Below are positions 29,462-37,855 of a stretch of 64,000 nucleotides of DNA, in pieces; within the stretch, counting starts at the first letter, position 1, and each line of letters opens with the position of its first letter. The stretch is from Opitutaceae bacterium (GTDB taxonomy: Bacteria; Verrucomicrobiota; Verrucomicrobiia; Opitutales; Opitutaceae), in contig DAIDAF010000013.1 of NCBI GenBank assembly GCA_027310745.1, positions 36,460 to 100,459 on the forward strand, given 5' to 3'. A model generated the notes under the pieces. It had not been told where the DNA came from and ran no database searches. It saw nothing but the letters and a program-made list of their open reading frames with translations. The translations under genes were made by a program, and so were the position numbers.

Positions 29462-29498
29462 GAAGCCCGCCGGCGTTCACGTCGGCGGGCTTCTTTTT
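29462..29498 (+). terminator. Rho-independent terminator
   Basis: The 11-bp GC stem gaagcccgccg / cggcgggcttc is followed by TTTTT. Confidence 0.85.
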
Positions 29499-29526
29499 GG
29501 CATTAAACCTTAATTCGGCAGGAGAC

Positions 29527-29684
29527 GTGAACAGCAGGAAACGAAGATAACAAAGAAGGTTGAGCCAAGCGATTGTGCGAAATCGTCGAATCAAGATCGA
29601 CTCACCCAATCGGTGAATAAATCAACGCTCTCAATTCTGGGGTAAGCGGTTTGTTCTTCGTTCTCTTCGTTGCCTTCTGTTCAC
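29527..29684. repeat. Inverted-repeat element A (32-bp imperfect terminal inverted repeats flanking a 92-bp core)
   Basis: Left arm 29527-29558 is gtgaacagcaggaaacgaagataacaaagaag. It matches the reverse complement of 29651-29684 at 27 of 32 positions. The core contains CTCACC-caatc-GGTGAA at 29601-29617. Confidence 0.8.
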
Positions 29685-29733
29685 TGCATCTTTTCGGTTT
29701 TTAAGAGCGCTGGACCCGGTTCCCGGTTCGTGA

Positions 29734-31017
29734 CTACGGGAGGTGTTTGGGAATCTCCGCAGTGAGCACGACGGGGACGTCGGCGGTGACGAGCACGTCG
29801 TCCTCGATCCTGACGCCGCCGAGATGCTTGACCCGGTCGATGCGCTCCCAGTCGACACACTCCGCAAACCGGGCCCGCCGCAGGGGATCGTCGAGCAGTG
29901 GTGGGATGAAGTAGAGTCCGGGCTCGATGGTGACGACATAGTGCTCCGCCAGCGGCAGGTCCATCCGGAGGGTCCGCAGGCTCGCCCGCGGATCGCGCGC
30001 ACGGCCAGGATACAGCCCGCTCGCATCGCGGACTCCGAGCCCGACCATGTGTCCGATGCCATGCGGAAAGAACAAGGCGTGGGCTTCGCGGTCGACCAGG
30101 TCCTGGGCGTTGCCGCGCATGATGCCGAGGGAGATCAGTCCTTCGGTCATGGCCACCGCACAGGAGAGATGAATGTCCTTCCACTCCCGCCCTGGGCGGC
30201 ACTGCGCTATGGCGCGCTGCTGCGCAGACAGAACCACGGAGTACAGGTCGCGCTGGAATGCGGTCGCCGACGATCCTGCCAGGAAGGTGCGGGTGACGTC
30301 GGCGGTGTATCGGCCGATTTGGGCGCCGGCATCGATCAACACGAAGTCACCGTCTCCGACAGGGCGCGTGGAGGGTGGAAAGTGGAGCACCGATGAATTC
30401 GGGCCGGTGCCGACGATGCTGGCGAAGCCAGTCCGATCGGCGCCGCCGCGAAGGAAACCGGTCTCCAGCTCAATCTGAATCTGGCGTTCGGTGGTCCCCG
30501 GCCGGATGGCTGAGGCCGCTGCGGCAAAACCATGGGCGGTGGCCGCGGCTGCGCGCTCGAGCTGGCTGATCTCGCCGGAATCCTTGGGGCGCCGCGCATG
30601 GGTGAGGACGCCACGCACGCGCTGGCGAAGTCCCTCGTCGAACGGAATGCCCTTCACCGGACACCCCAGCATGGCCACCGGCCGCCCGCGCCTCTGGGCC
30701 AGCCAGCCTGGAAACTCCGTCAGGAATCGTCCTTCACCCTGGGTTCGCCCTTCCCAGATCCGTTCGTCTTCCGTCACCTCGGGCACAAAGTCAATCCAGC
30801 GGTCGTCGCCCGATGCCTTCGGATCGTACGCCACGATCGAGCCGGGTGTCTCCGAGTTCGAAAGATAGGCAAATTCGGCGTGGGTCAGGAAAGGGTAGGT
30901 CTGATCGCTGTTTTCCGGCAGGGGGACGGGTTCGCCGGCTCCGACGATCAGTAGTTCATCTTTCAGGCTCAGGGCCTCGGCGATTCGTCGCCGGCGCGCG
31001 CGAAGTGCATCATCCAT
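29734..31017 (-). CDS. Xaa-Pro aminopeptidase (M24B family)
   Basis: 427 aa. HGIGHMVGLGVRD, VVTIEPGLY and GGVRIEDDVLVT metal-ligand motifs. Confidence 0.88.
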   Translation of the reverse strand: MDDALRARRRRIAEALSLKDELLIVGAGEPVPLPENSDQTYPFLTHAEFAYLSNSETPGSIVAYDPKASGDDRWIDFVPEVTEDERIWEGRTQGEGRFLTEFPGWLAQRRGRPVAMLGCPVKGIPFDEGLRQRVRGVLTHARRPKDSGEISQLERAAAATAHGFAAAASAIRPGTTERQIQIELETGFLRGGADRTGFASIVGTGPNSSVLHFPPSTRPVGDGDFVLIDAGAQIGRYTADVTRTFLAGSSATAFQRDLYSVVLSAQQRAIAQCRPGREWKDIHLSCAVAMTEGLISLGIMRGNAQDLVDREAHALFFPHGIGHMVGLGVRDASGLYPGRARDPRASLRTLRMDLPLAEHYVVTIEPGLYFIPPLLDDPLRRARFAECVDWERIDRVKHLGGVRIEDDVLVTADVPVVLTAEIPKHLP

Positions 31018-31049
31018 GATCCATGAATGCCCGGCGCGGCGACCCCTAT

Positions 31050-31083
31050 AAAGCGAAAAGGCGCGGCGTTTCCGCCGCGCCTT
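31050..31083 (-). terminator. Rho-independent terminator downstream of the usp gene
   Basis: Stem aaggcgcggcg / cgccgcgcctt with a 4-nt loop. On the minus strand it is followed by TTTTCGCTTT. Confidence 0.75.
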
Positions 31084-31116
31084 CCGTCTGCCCTATCCCC
31101 AGAGCAGACGTCCCAC

Positions 31117-31584
31117 TCACTTTTTCGCTATTTTCTTTGCGGTTTCTTTTGCCTCGGCGGGCACAATGACGACCGGACACTTCGCCTTTTTAAGGACGCC
31201 GTGGGTTGTCGTGCCGACGAGCAAATCGTAAAGCGGCGTGTGGCCGTGGGAGCCCATCACGATGTAATCCGCGTTCAGGTGTTGAGCCTGATCCAAAATC
31301 AACGGTGCGGGGGCGCCCGTGAGCTGTACGGTCTCGACGTTCACACCATCCCCGCGGTATTTCGCCTGCTGGGCAGCCAATTGCGTCGTCGCCGTTTTCT
31401 CGCTCACCGCCACCAATTCCTCCAGATTCTCGATTGCGATGCCGTAGTCGCTCGTGATGACCGGCGGCTGGACTACGTGAAGGAGGATGAGCTTACCATT
31501 CAGGCCCTTGGCCAGCGAGGCCGCCGCGTCGCACACGGTTGCCGTCGTCGCCGACAGATCTATGGGGACTAAGATCGTCTTCAT
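31117..31584 (-). CDS. Universal stress protein (UspA family)
   Basis: ORF trimmed to the ATG at 31584 (MKTILVPIDLS). MGSHGH and GTTTHGVLKKAKCPVVIV motifs. Confidence 0.88.
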   Translation of the reverse strand: MKTILVPIDLSATTATVCDAAASLAKGLNGKLILLHVVQPPVITSDYGIAIENLEELVAVSEKTATTQLAAQQAKYRGDGVNVETVQLTGAPAPLILDQAQHLNADYIVMGSHGHTPLYDLLVGTTTHGVLKKAKCPVVIVPAEAKETAKKIAKK

Positions 31585-31755
31585 GGTGACTTGAGAATAA
31601 CGCACTTGGGTCACGCTCGCTAGGCAAATCTTGGCAAGCGTTAGTCTCATTTTGGCGGTCTCGCCACGGCGAGGCGGACGGGTGCGGCCCACCTCTCAAG
31701 TGACTGGTTCGGATGGGGAAGGCGACGAGGCGTTTTGGCCACAACTTTGCCGTCA

Positions 31756-31785
31756 CGTAACAACGTCGCCATGGAATCGTAACAA
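31756..31785. promoter_or_regulatory. Two exact CGTAACAA direct repeats with a 22-nt period (candidate response-regulator site)
   Basis: CGTAACAA occurs at 31756-31763 and 31778-31785, in the divergent usp/porin intergenic region. Confidence 0.3.
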
Positions 31786-31954
31786 TTGGCTGGCAGTCTC
31801 CGCCCGCACATTTGCGGGACCGTACCGCAGACGCTGCACGAACAACCTAACAAGCGAATCCGTTGCCGCCTTATCTCCGAGACCTCTCAGGTGCCAGGAT
31901 GGCTGCGCCGGGTTCGTTAGGCTGACCAAAACAACGACGAAGACCAAGATAACC

Positions 31955-33088
31955 ATGCTCTCCCATAAGAAAAAGTGGCTCGCCCTGCTCGGCACGCTCG
32001 CTCTCGCGGCTTCCGCGACCTTCGCCCAACAGGCTGACAACCAGCTGATCGACATCCTGATCAAGAAGGGTGTGATCACCGCCGACGACGTAAAGCAGGC
32101 TCAGGCGGCCGCCGCCCAGGCAACGGCCAACGAGCCTACCACCTCGATCGGTGGCAAGCTCTTCTTCGATTTCTCGAACATCGAGGCGAAGAATGCCGCG
32201 GGCACCAAGGTCAATCCCAGCGGCTTCGGCACGGACGTGAAGCGCTTCTACCTCGGAGCCACTCACACCTTCAACAAGGTCTGGTCGATGAACATCAACA
32301 CCGATTCCGGCTACTCCAGCGGAACCGGTGCGGTTTCGACCTTCATCAAGACCGCATACATCCAGGCCAAGCTCGATCCGATGGCGATCGTCCAGATCGG
32401 TTCGGCCAACATGCCTTGGATTCCGTTCGTGGAAGACAACTACGGCTTCCGCTACGTTGAAAACACGCTGACGGACCGCCTCCACATGGCCAACTCGGCC
32501 GATTGGGGCGTCCACCTGCTCGGCAGCAGCGGCATGTTCAGCTACAACGTCGCGGCGGTGAACGGCGGCGGCTACAAGAACCCGGGCCGCAGCAAGTCGG
32601 CTGATTTCGAGGGGCGCGTCTCCATGCAGCCCGTCAAGGGCCTCACGCTCGCGGTCGGCGGTTACTCCGGCAAGCAGGGCAAGGACAGCAACACCGCTCC
32701 TCTCGCGACCCGCACGGCCAGCCGCTTCAGCGCCCTGGCGGTTTACTCGTCCAAGGCCTTCCGCCTCGGCGGCGAGTACTTCACCGAAGACAACTGGGGC
32801 TACACCGCCTCGACGTCCTCCGACAAGGCTGACGGTTACTCCGTCTTCGGCAACGTGACCCTCAGCGGTCCGTTCGCCGCGTTCGCCCGCTACGACGAGG
32901 CGAAGCCCAGCAAGACCCTGTTCTCGTCCGAGAAGGACAAGTACTTCAACGTGGGCATCCAGTACAATGCCTACAAGGGCGTCGACCTCGCCCTCGTGTA
33001 CAAGAACGAGCGCGTCGACAATCCCGCCAGCGCCAGCCAGGTGGCCAAGTACGACGAGTTCGGCCTCTTCGGCCAGATCGCGTTCTGA
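31955..33088 (+). CDS. Outer-membrane beta-barrel porin, phosphate-selective porin O/P-like
   Basis: ORF trimmed to the ATG at 31955 (MLSHKKKWLALLGTLALAASATFAQQ signal peptide). N-terminal LIDILIKKGVITADDV helix motif, alternating beta-strand pattern and a C-terminal Phe (GQIAF). Confidence 0.7.
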   Translation: MLSHKKKWLALLGTLALAASATFAQQADNQLIDILIKKGVITADDVKQAQAAAAQATANEPTTSIGGKLFFDFSNIEAKNAAGTKVNPSGFGTDVKRFYLGATHTFNKVWSMNINTDSGYSSGTGAVSTFIKTAYIQAKLDPMAIVQIGSANMPWIPFVEDNYGFRYVENTLTDRLHMANSADWGVHLLGSSGMFSYNVAAVNGGGYKNPGRSKSADFEGRVSMQPVKGLTLAVGGYSGKQGKDSNTAPLATRTASRFSALAVYSSKAFRLGGEYFTEDNWGYTASTSSDKADGYSVFGNVTLSGPFAAFARYDEAKPSKTLFSSEKDKYFNVGIQYNAYKGVDLALVYKNERVDNPASASQVAKYDEFGLFGQIAF

Positions 33089-33118
33089 TCTCCTCTTTGG
33101 ACTAGGCTTGTTTGCAAC

Positions 33119-33158
33119 GGGGCGGCCTTTGGGGCCGCCCCTTCTCATTTCAGTTTTT
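33119..33158 (+). terminator. Rho-independent terminator
   Basis: Stem ggggcggcc / ggccgcccc with a 5-nt loop, followed by the T-rich ttctcatttcagttttt. Confidence 0.8.
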
Positions 33159-33283
33159 CGACGGCGCGAGCTTGTCCAACGCTCGCGGACGCGCACGATT
33201 ATGTCAGGTGTCACCCACGTACACCGCACCATTATCCGACGAAACGCCCGGCTCTCTCAATTTCGGGCCCATCCCTTATCCCA

Positions 33284-34009
33284 ATGCTGCCTTCATCAAA
33301 TCCGGATCTCCCGATCCTGAAGCGCTTCTTCGACGCCGAACTCGAGACCTTCCGCTCGCACCTGATCCTCATGGGCGAGACCGCGGTCTCACAGGTCAAG
33401 GACGCCACCCGCGCCCTGATTGAAGGCGACCTCGGCCTGGCCGAGCGGGTCATCACCCGGGACGACGAACTGGACCAGCTCGAGGTGAAGATCGACGACG
33501 AGGGCATCCGGTTCATCAACCTGCGTTCGCCCATCGCCTCCGACCTGCGCCTCGTGATTGTCGGCATGAAGGCCGGCCACGATCTTGAACGCGTCGGCGA
33601 CGAGGCCACGGGTATCGCCAAGCGTGCCATCAAGCTTGCCGCCGAGCCCCAGCTCAAGCCGTACATCGACCTTCCCCGCATGGCCGAGATCGCCGTCGAA
33701 ATGCTTCGCGACTCGCTCCAGTGTTTCCTCAACGGCGACGAGGAGAAGGCGCTCGCGGTGTGCCGGCGCGATGCCGACGTCGACCGCATCAACAAACAGC
33801 TGTACCGGGAGCTCTCCAGCTACATCGTCGAGGATCCGCGGACGACGACCCGTGCGATCGAGCTGATGTTCGTGTCGAAATCCATCGAGCGTATCGCCGA
33901 TCATGCGACAAACATCGCCGAGGAGACCATCTACCTTGCGAAGGGCAAGGACGTCCGGCACACCGAACAGGTGAAGAAGAACGCGGGCGCAAATCCGACG
34001 ACGCCCTGA
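33284..34009 (+). CDS. phoU: Phosphate signalling complex protein PhoU
   Basis: 241 aa. Duplicated PhoU repeats with DLERVGDEATGIAKR and IERIADHATNIAEE. Confidence 0.9.
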   Translation: MLPSSNPDLPILKRFFDAELETFRSHLILMGETAVSQVKDATRALIEGDLGLAERVITRDDELDQLEVKIDDEGIRFINLRSPIASDLRLVIVGMKAGHDLERVGDEATGIAKRAIKLAAEPQLKPYIDLPRMAEIAVEMLRDSLQCFLNGDEEKALAVCRRDADVDRINKQLYRELSSYIVEDPRTTTRAIELMFVSKSIERIADHATNIAEETIYLAKGKDVRHTEQVKKNAGANPTTP

Positions 34010-34020
34010 GGCGCGCCGGC

Positions 34021-34428
34021 TCAGCCCGCCCGCCGTCTGTTCGGCTGGCGCAGGTCCAGGAGCCGCTGCACCCGTTCCACCAGGGTTTTGGGACTGAAGG
34101 GTTTCGTGACGTAGTCCAGCGCGCCAAGCTCGAGGCCGAGGTGCCGCGAGTCCGGGGCGGCCCAGGCGCTCACGATCACGATCGGAATCGTGGCCGTGGC
34201 GGGCTGACGTCGCAGAATCTCGCATACGCCGAAGCCGTCGATGTCCGGGAGCATGAGATCGAGCAGCACGAGGTCCGGCGCCCGGCACCGGATGACCTCG
34301 AGCGCCTCGCGCCCGCTGGTCGCCTGGATGACGTCGTAGCCCGCCTTGCTAAGGTGGAAACGGATCAGTTCCAGGACGTCGCGCTCGTCGTCGACAGTGA
34401 GAATAGTCGCCTGCATTCGATGAGTCAT
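34021..34428 (-). CDS. Stand-alone receiver-domain response regulator (OmpR/PhoB-like REC, no output domain)
   Basis: ATG at 34428 (alternative at 34416). TVDDERD, VLLDLMLPDIDG and TKPF motifs. About 135 aa, with the stop 11 nt from the phoU stop. Confidence 0.85.
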   Translation of the reverse strand: MTHRMQATILTVDDERDVLELIRFHLSKAGYDVIQATSGREALEVIRCRAPDLVLLDLMLPDIDGFGVCEILRRQPATATIPIVIVSAWAAPDSRHLGLELGALDYVTKPFSPKTLVERVQRLLDLRQPNRRRAG

Positions 34429-34557
34429 GGTACGCGACGCGGGGTGACGCCTCCATGACCGACCCGAAACGAATGAGTGAAATCGGTGGTCTGCATGGCG
34501 TGGGAGCCTCCGGATCGGTCTGGCCACCGATGCCCTGGCTTAGTTTGATGGGCGATC

Positions 34558-36798
34558 ATGAACAACAATTGGGCCCAGACCCTAGCGGAGTTCCTGAAGC
34601 GGCAGCCGGGAGTCGAAGCCGTGCGCATCGACGTGGCGACGCACACCGTGTCGGTGGCGACCCTCGGAAAGGTTGAACTCGAGGAGTTCAGGGAACGCCT
34701 CGAGGAGACGGTGCGAGCCATTGAGTCGGAGCTCGCCGTGCCGGGGTCGGCGCCGAAGGGATTCAAGGTTCGCCAGGAGGGGACCGTGACCGAGATTGCT
34801 GGGGAGTCGTGCTCGACCGCGACGCGTTTTTGGCAGTGGAAGGAGTTCACTTGGGCGCCACTGTCCGGACCTTCAGCCGCGGAACTTGCGGCTGCCGAGG
34901 CCCACGAGGAGGCCGAGTGGCGGCAGCTCACGATGCTCGCCGGCGTCTGCGGTGTGTTCGGACTGGCGGGCGTGGTCGTGCACCACCTGGGGGTCGGTCC
35001 TCACTGGATGCCTCATGCGTTCTACGCGGTGGCGTTGGTCGCCGGAGCCTGGGATGCGGCGATCGATTCCTGGCAGAACCTCAGGCAGCTCCGGCTCGAC
35101 ATTCATTTCCTGATGCTCGCGGTGGCGATTGGCGCGGTGGCGATCGGAGCCTGGGGCGAGGCGGTGCTGCTGCTGTTTCTCTTCTCGGCCTCGGGGGCGA
35201 TGGAGGAATATGCGCTCGACCGAACCCATCGGGAAGTCAGCGCGCTCCTGAAGTCCGCGCCGAAGGTGGCGACACTGGTGGACGAGAACGGCGCCGAGCA
35301 CGAGGTGCCCGTCGAGCAGCTCCGGGTCGGCCAGCTGGTCCGCGCAAAGCCCGGCGATGCCTTCGCGGCCGATGGCACCGTGGTGAAGGGACGAAGCGCA
35401 AGCGACGAATCCGCGCTCACGGGGGAGGCTGTGCCGGTCGAGAAGGGGTCCGGCGACGAGGTGTTCAGCGGCACGCTCAACCTGTGGGGAGTGGTCGAAT
35501 ACCGCGTGGTGCGCCTGCCGGGGGAGAGCACGCTCCAGAAGATCATCCGCCTGATCCAGACCGCCCAGAAACTGCGCGCCCCCAGCGAGCGATTCACTGA
35601 CAAGTTCGGTGCCGGCTACAGCGTGGTGGTGCTCGGCCTGTGTGCGGTGATGTTCTTCGTCTGGTGGCTCGGTTTTCATCTGCCTCCATTCGACAATATT
35701 GATGGCGTCCGCTCCGCATTCTACCGCGCGATGACGCTGCTGGTGGTCATGAGCCCCTGCGCGCTCGTGCTTTCGATCCCGTCGGCGATCCTCGCTGCAA
35801 TCGCCTGGGGCGCCCGGCATGGCGTCCTGTTCCGCGGCGGTGCGGCGATCGAGAAGCTGGCGGAGGTCGATGCGGTGGCCCTCGACAAGACGGGGACGCT
35901 GACCACGGGAGAACTGAGCGTCGTGCACTGCGAGAGTTTTCCCGCGGGACGGGAACGCCAGGTAATGGAGCTCGCCTTTGCGCTCGAGTCGAAGTCCCAG
36001 CATCCAATCGCGCGGGCGATCGTCCGGCACGCACGCGCCGAAGGCGTGAGGGCGATGGAGCTGGAGGAGTTTCAATCGCTCATCGGCAAGGGGCTCCTTG
36101 GCAAAATGGATGGAGCAACCGTGCTGCTCGGTCGGCGCGAGTTGCTGGAATCCGGCCCGTTGTCGGATTGGGCCCGCGAACTTCCTCCGGCTGCACCCGA
36201 GCTGAGCGAAGTCTGGGTGATCGGCCGCGAACTCGTGGGACGCATCCTGCTGCAGGACCAGATCCGCGAGGAGTCGAAGGGGGTGCTCGCGGCACTCCGC
36301 AAGCTCGGGGTCCGGACCGTCATGCTGACCGGCGATCGCCGTCACGCGGCCGAGGCCGTGGCGGTTCAGCTGGGGCTGGATGAAGTGAAGGCGGGGCTAT
36401 CGCCGGAGGACAAGGTGGCTTCCATCCAGGCGCTGCGCGAGGCGGGCCACCGCGTCGCGATGGTCGGCGATGGTGTCAACGACGCGCCGAGCCTGGCAGC
36501 CGCCGACGTGAGCGTGGCGATGGGCGCGCGGGGAAGCGATGCGGCGCTCGAACAGGCGGAAGTGATCCTGATGCACGATCGTATCGAGAACTTCCTGGCT
36601 GCGCACCGCCTGAGCCGCAGGGCCAAGGCTGTCATCCGGCAGAATCTCACGATCTCGCTCGGCGTGGTGGTCGTGATGGCGGGAGCGTCGATCGCGGGCC
36701 TGGTGCCGCTGGCGCTGGGCGTCACCGCGCACGAGGGCAGCACTGTGGTGGTTTGCCTGAACTCCCTGCGTCTGCTGTTCGGCAAGAATCAGGGCTGA
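34558..36798 (+). CDS. Heavy-metal P1B-type ATPase with SPC / HEGST transmembrane motifs (P1B-4-like)
   Basis: 746 aa. DKTGT, MLTGD and GDGVNDAP motifs. The TM motif is MSPCAL rather than CPC, and HEGSTVVV sits in the last TM. The N-terminal ~70 aa resembles an HMA fold but has no CxxC. Confidence 0.88.
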   Translation: MNNNWAQTLAEFLKRQPGVEAVRIDVATHTVSVATLGKVELEEFRERLEETVRAIESELAVPGSAPKGFKVRQEGTVTEIAGESCSTATRFWQWKEFTWAPLSGPSAAELAAAEAHEEAEWRQLTMLAGVCGVFGLAGVVVHHLGVGPHWMPHAFYAVALVAGAWDAAIDSWQNLRQLRLDIHFLMLAVAIGAVAIGAWGEAVLLLFLFSASGAMEEYALDRTHREVSALLKSAPKVATLVDENGAEHEVPVEQLRVGQLVRAKPGDAFAADGTVVKGRSASDESALTGEAVPVEKGSGDEVFSGTLNLWGVVEYRVVRLPGESTLQKIIRLIQTAQKLRAPSERFTDKFGAGYSVVVLGLCAVMFFVWWLGFHLPPFDNIDGVRSAFYRAMTLLVVMSPCALVLSIPSAILAAIAWGARHGVLFRGGAAIEKLAEVDAVALDKTGTLTTGELSVVHCESFPAGRERQVMELAFALESKSQHPIARAIVRHARAEGVRAMELEEFQSLIGKGLLGKMDGATVLLGRRELLESGPLSDWARELPPAAPELSEVWVIGRELVGRILLQDQIREESKGVLAALRKLGVRTVMLTGDRRHAAEAVAVQLGLDEVKAGLSPEDKVASIQALREAGHRVAMVGDGVNDAPSLAAADVSVAMGARGSDAALEQAEVILMHDRIENFLAAHRLSRRAKAVIRQNLTISLGVVVVMAGASIAGLVPLALGVTAHEGSTVVVCLNSLRLLFGKNQG

Positions 36799-37700
36799 AC
36801 GCCGGCCTGCGGGTGCAGGCGCCGGTATTCGACGCTTCGGGCGAGCCGATCCTCGAGTTCGCGAAGAGTCCAGCCACCGAGAACCCGCTTCTGATAGCGG
36901 GACATTCCGACCGCGTCGGGCTCGCGTCCCAACACGGTGCGGTAGGCGAGTCGGACAGTGTTTCGGGCGCGAAAACGACGCGCTTCCTCGCTGCGCTGCA
37001 GTTCCTGGCGCAGATCGCTTTCCGACCAATTTCGCGCAGCCACCAGGCGTTCACAGATCCCGCGGGTCTTCGCGTCCGGCCGGCGGCCGAGTTCGGCCAG
37101 ATAGGCTTGATCGACCAGTTGGGGAATGTTGCGGTGGGCGAACTCGGGGCTTGCCCTCAAGGCCGCGCGCAGGCGGGTTGCGGTCCATCGATCGTCCAAC
37201 ACGCGGGAGCGGTAATACTGAAGCGCAGCGTAGTCCGGCCGGTGTCCGAGCAGGTCGACGTAGTCGGCTTCGATCATCTGATTGGCGTCCTCGACCGTTC
37301 GAGCGCCACGGGCGGCCGTTCCGTTCGCCTGTGTCAGCACGCGGACCGAGGAGGCTTGGGCCAGCCAGGATCCAGGCCCGAGGGGATACCTTCCGAGGTT
37401 GCCAGCCGACGAAACGACATCGAGGCGGGCTCCGTGAAACCTGGAATCGGCGAACAGCTCGAGGCGCGCATTGCCGTCGATTTTAACCGACGCGATACGA
37501 TCGTCCCAGCGCCGGCCCGCCGGGTCGGTGAGCCCTGCCAGGTCGGCGACCGAGGCGCCGGCGGGCAGGATCAGGCATTGCCCGCGAAAATCGGGTCTCG
37601 AGAAGAGAAGAACTCGGCCGGGCGAGTCGGACTCGCTACCCGCGCAGGCGCAAGCCGTGGCGGCCAAGCCTGCGAGGAGGAAGCGGTGGACGGGGGCCAT
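36789..37700 (-). CDS. Secreted/lipoprotein with a beta-gamma-crystallin domain plus three DUF4214-like repeats
   Basis: 303 aa. Signal peptide with Cys (LLAGLAATACACAG). Two Greek-key signatures, FSRPDFRG...IASVKI and FADSRFHG...ASSVRV. Three repeats of the type LGRxPDxxG...S.EF. Confidence 0.7.
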   Translation of the reverse strand: MAPVHRFLLAGLAATACACAGSESDSPGRVLLFSRPDFRGQCLILPAGASVADLAGLTDPAGRRWDDRIASVKIDGNARLELFADSRFHGARLDVVSSAGNLGRYPLGPGSWLAQASSVRVLTQANGTAARGARTVEDANQMIEADYVDLLGHRPDYAALQYYRSRVLDDRWTATRLRAALRASPEFAHRNIPQLVDQAYLAELGRRPDAKTRGICERLVAARNWSESDLRQELQRSEEARRFRARNTVRLAYRTVLGREPDAVGMSRYQKRVLGGWTLRELEDRLARSVEYRRLHPQAGVQP

Positions 37701-37855
37701 GATGCTGGATCTGTCGGCGGGGAGTCGAAGTGAGGACGGTTAGCATAGAAGGGCCGGTCGGCGCAATTCGAAGCTGTACCCGGAGGACGGCGGTCGGAAT
37801 CGCACCGCGATGTCTTCCATTGCATCGGGAGGGGCCGGGGCTAAACACGGTGCGC

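Noticed and set aside
31871-33232. 453-aa minus-strand ORF
   Set aside because: It lies antisense to the porin gene, which has a signal peptide, a beta-strand pattern, a C-terminal Phe and its own terminator.
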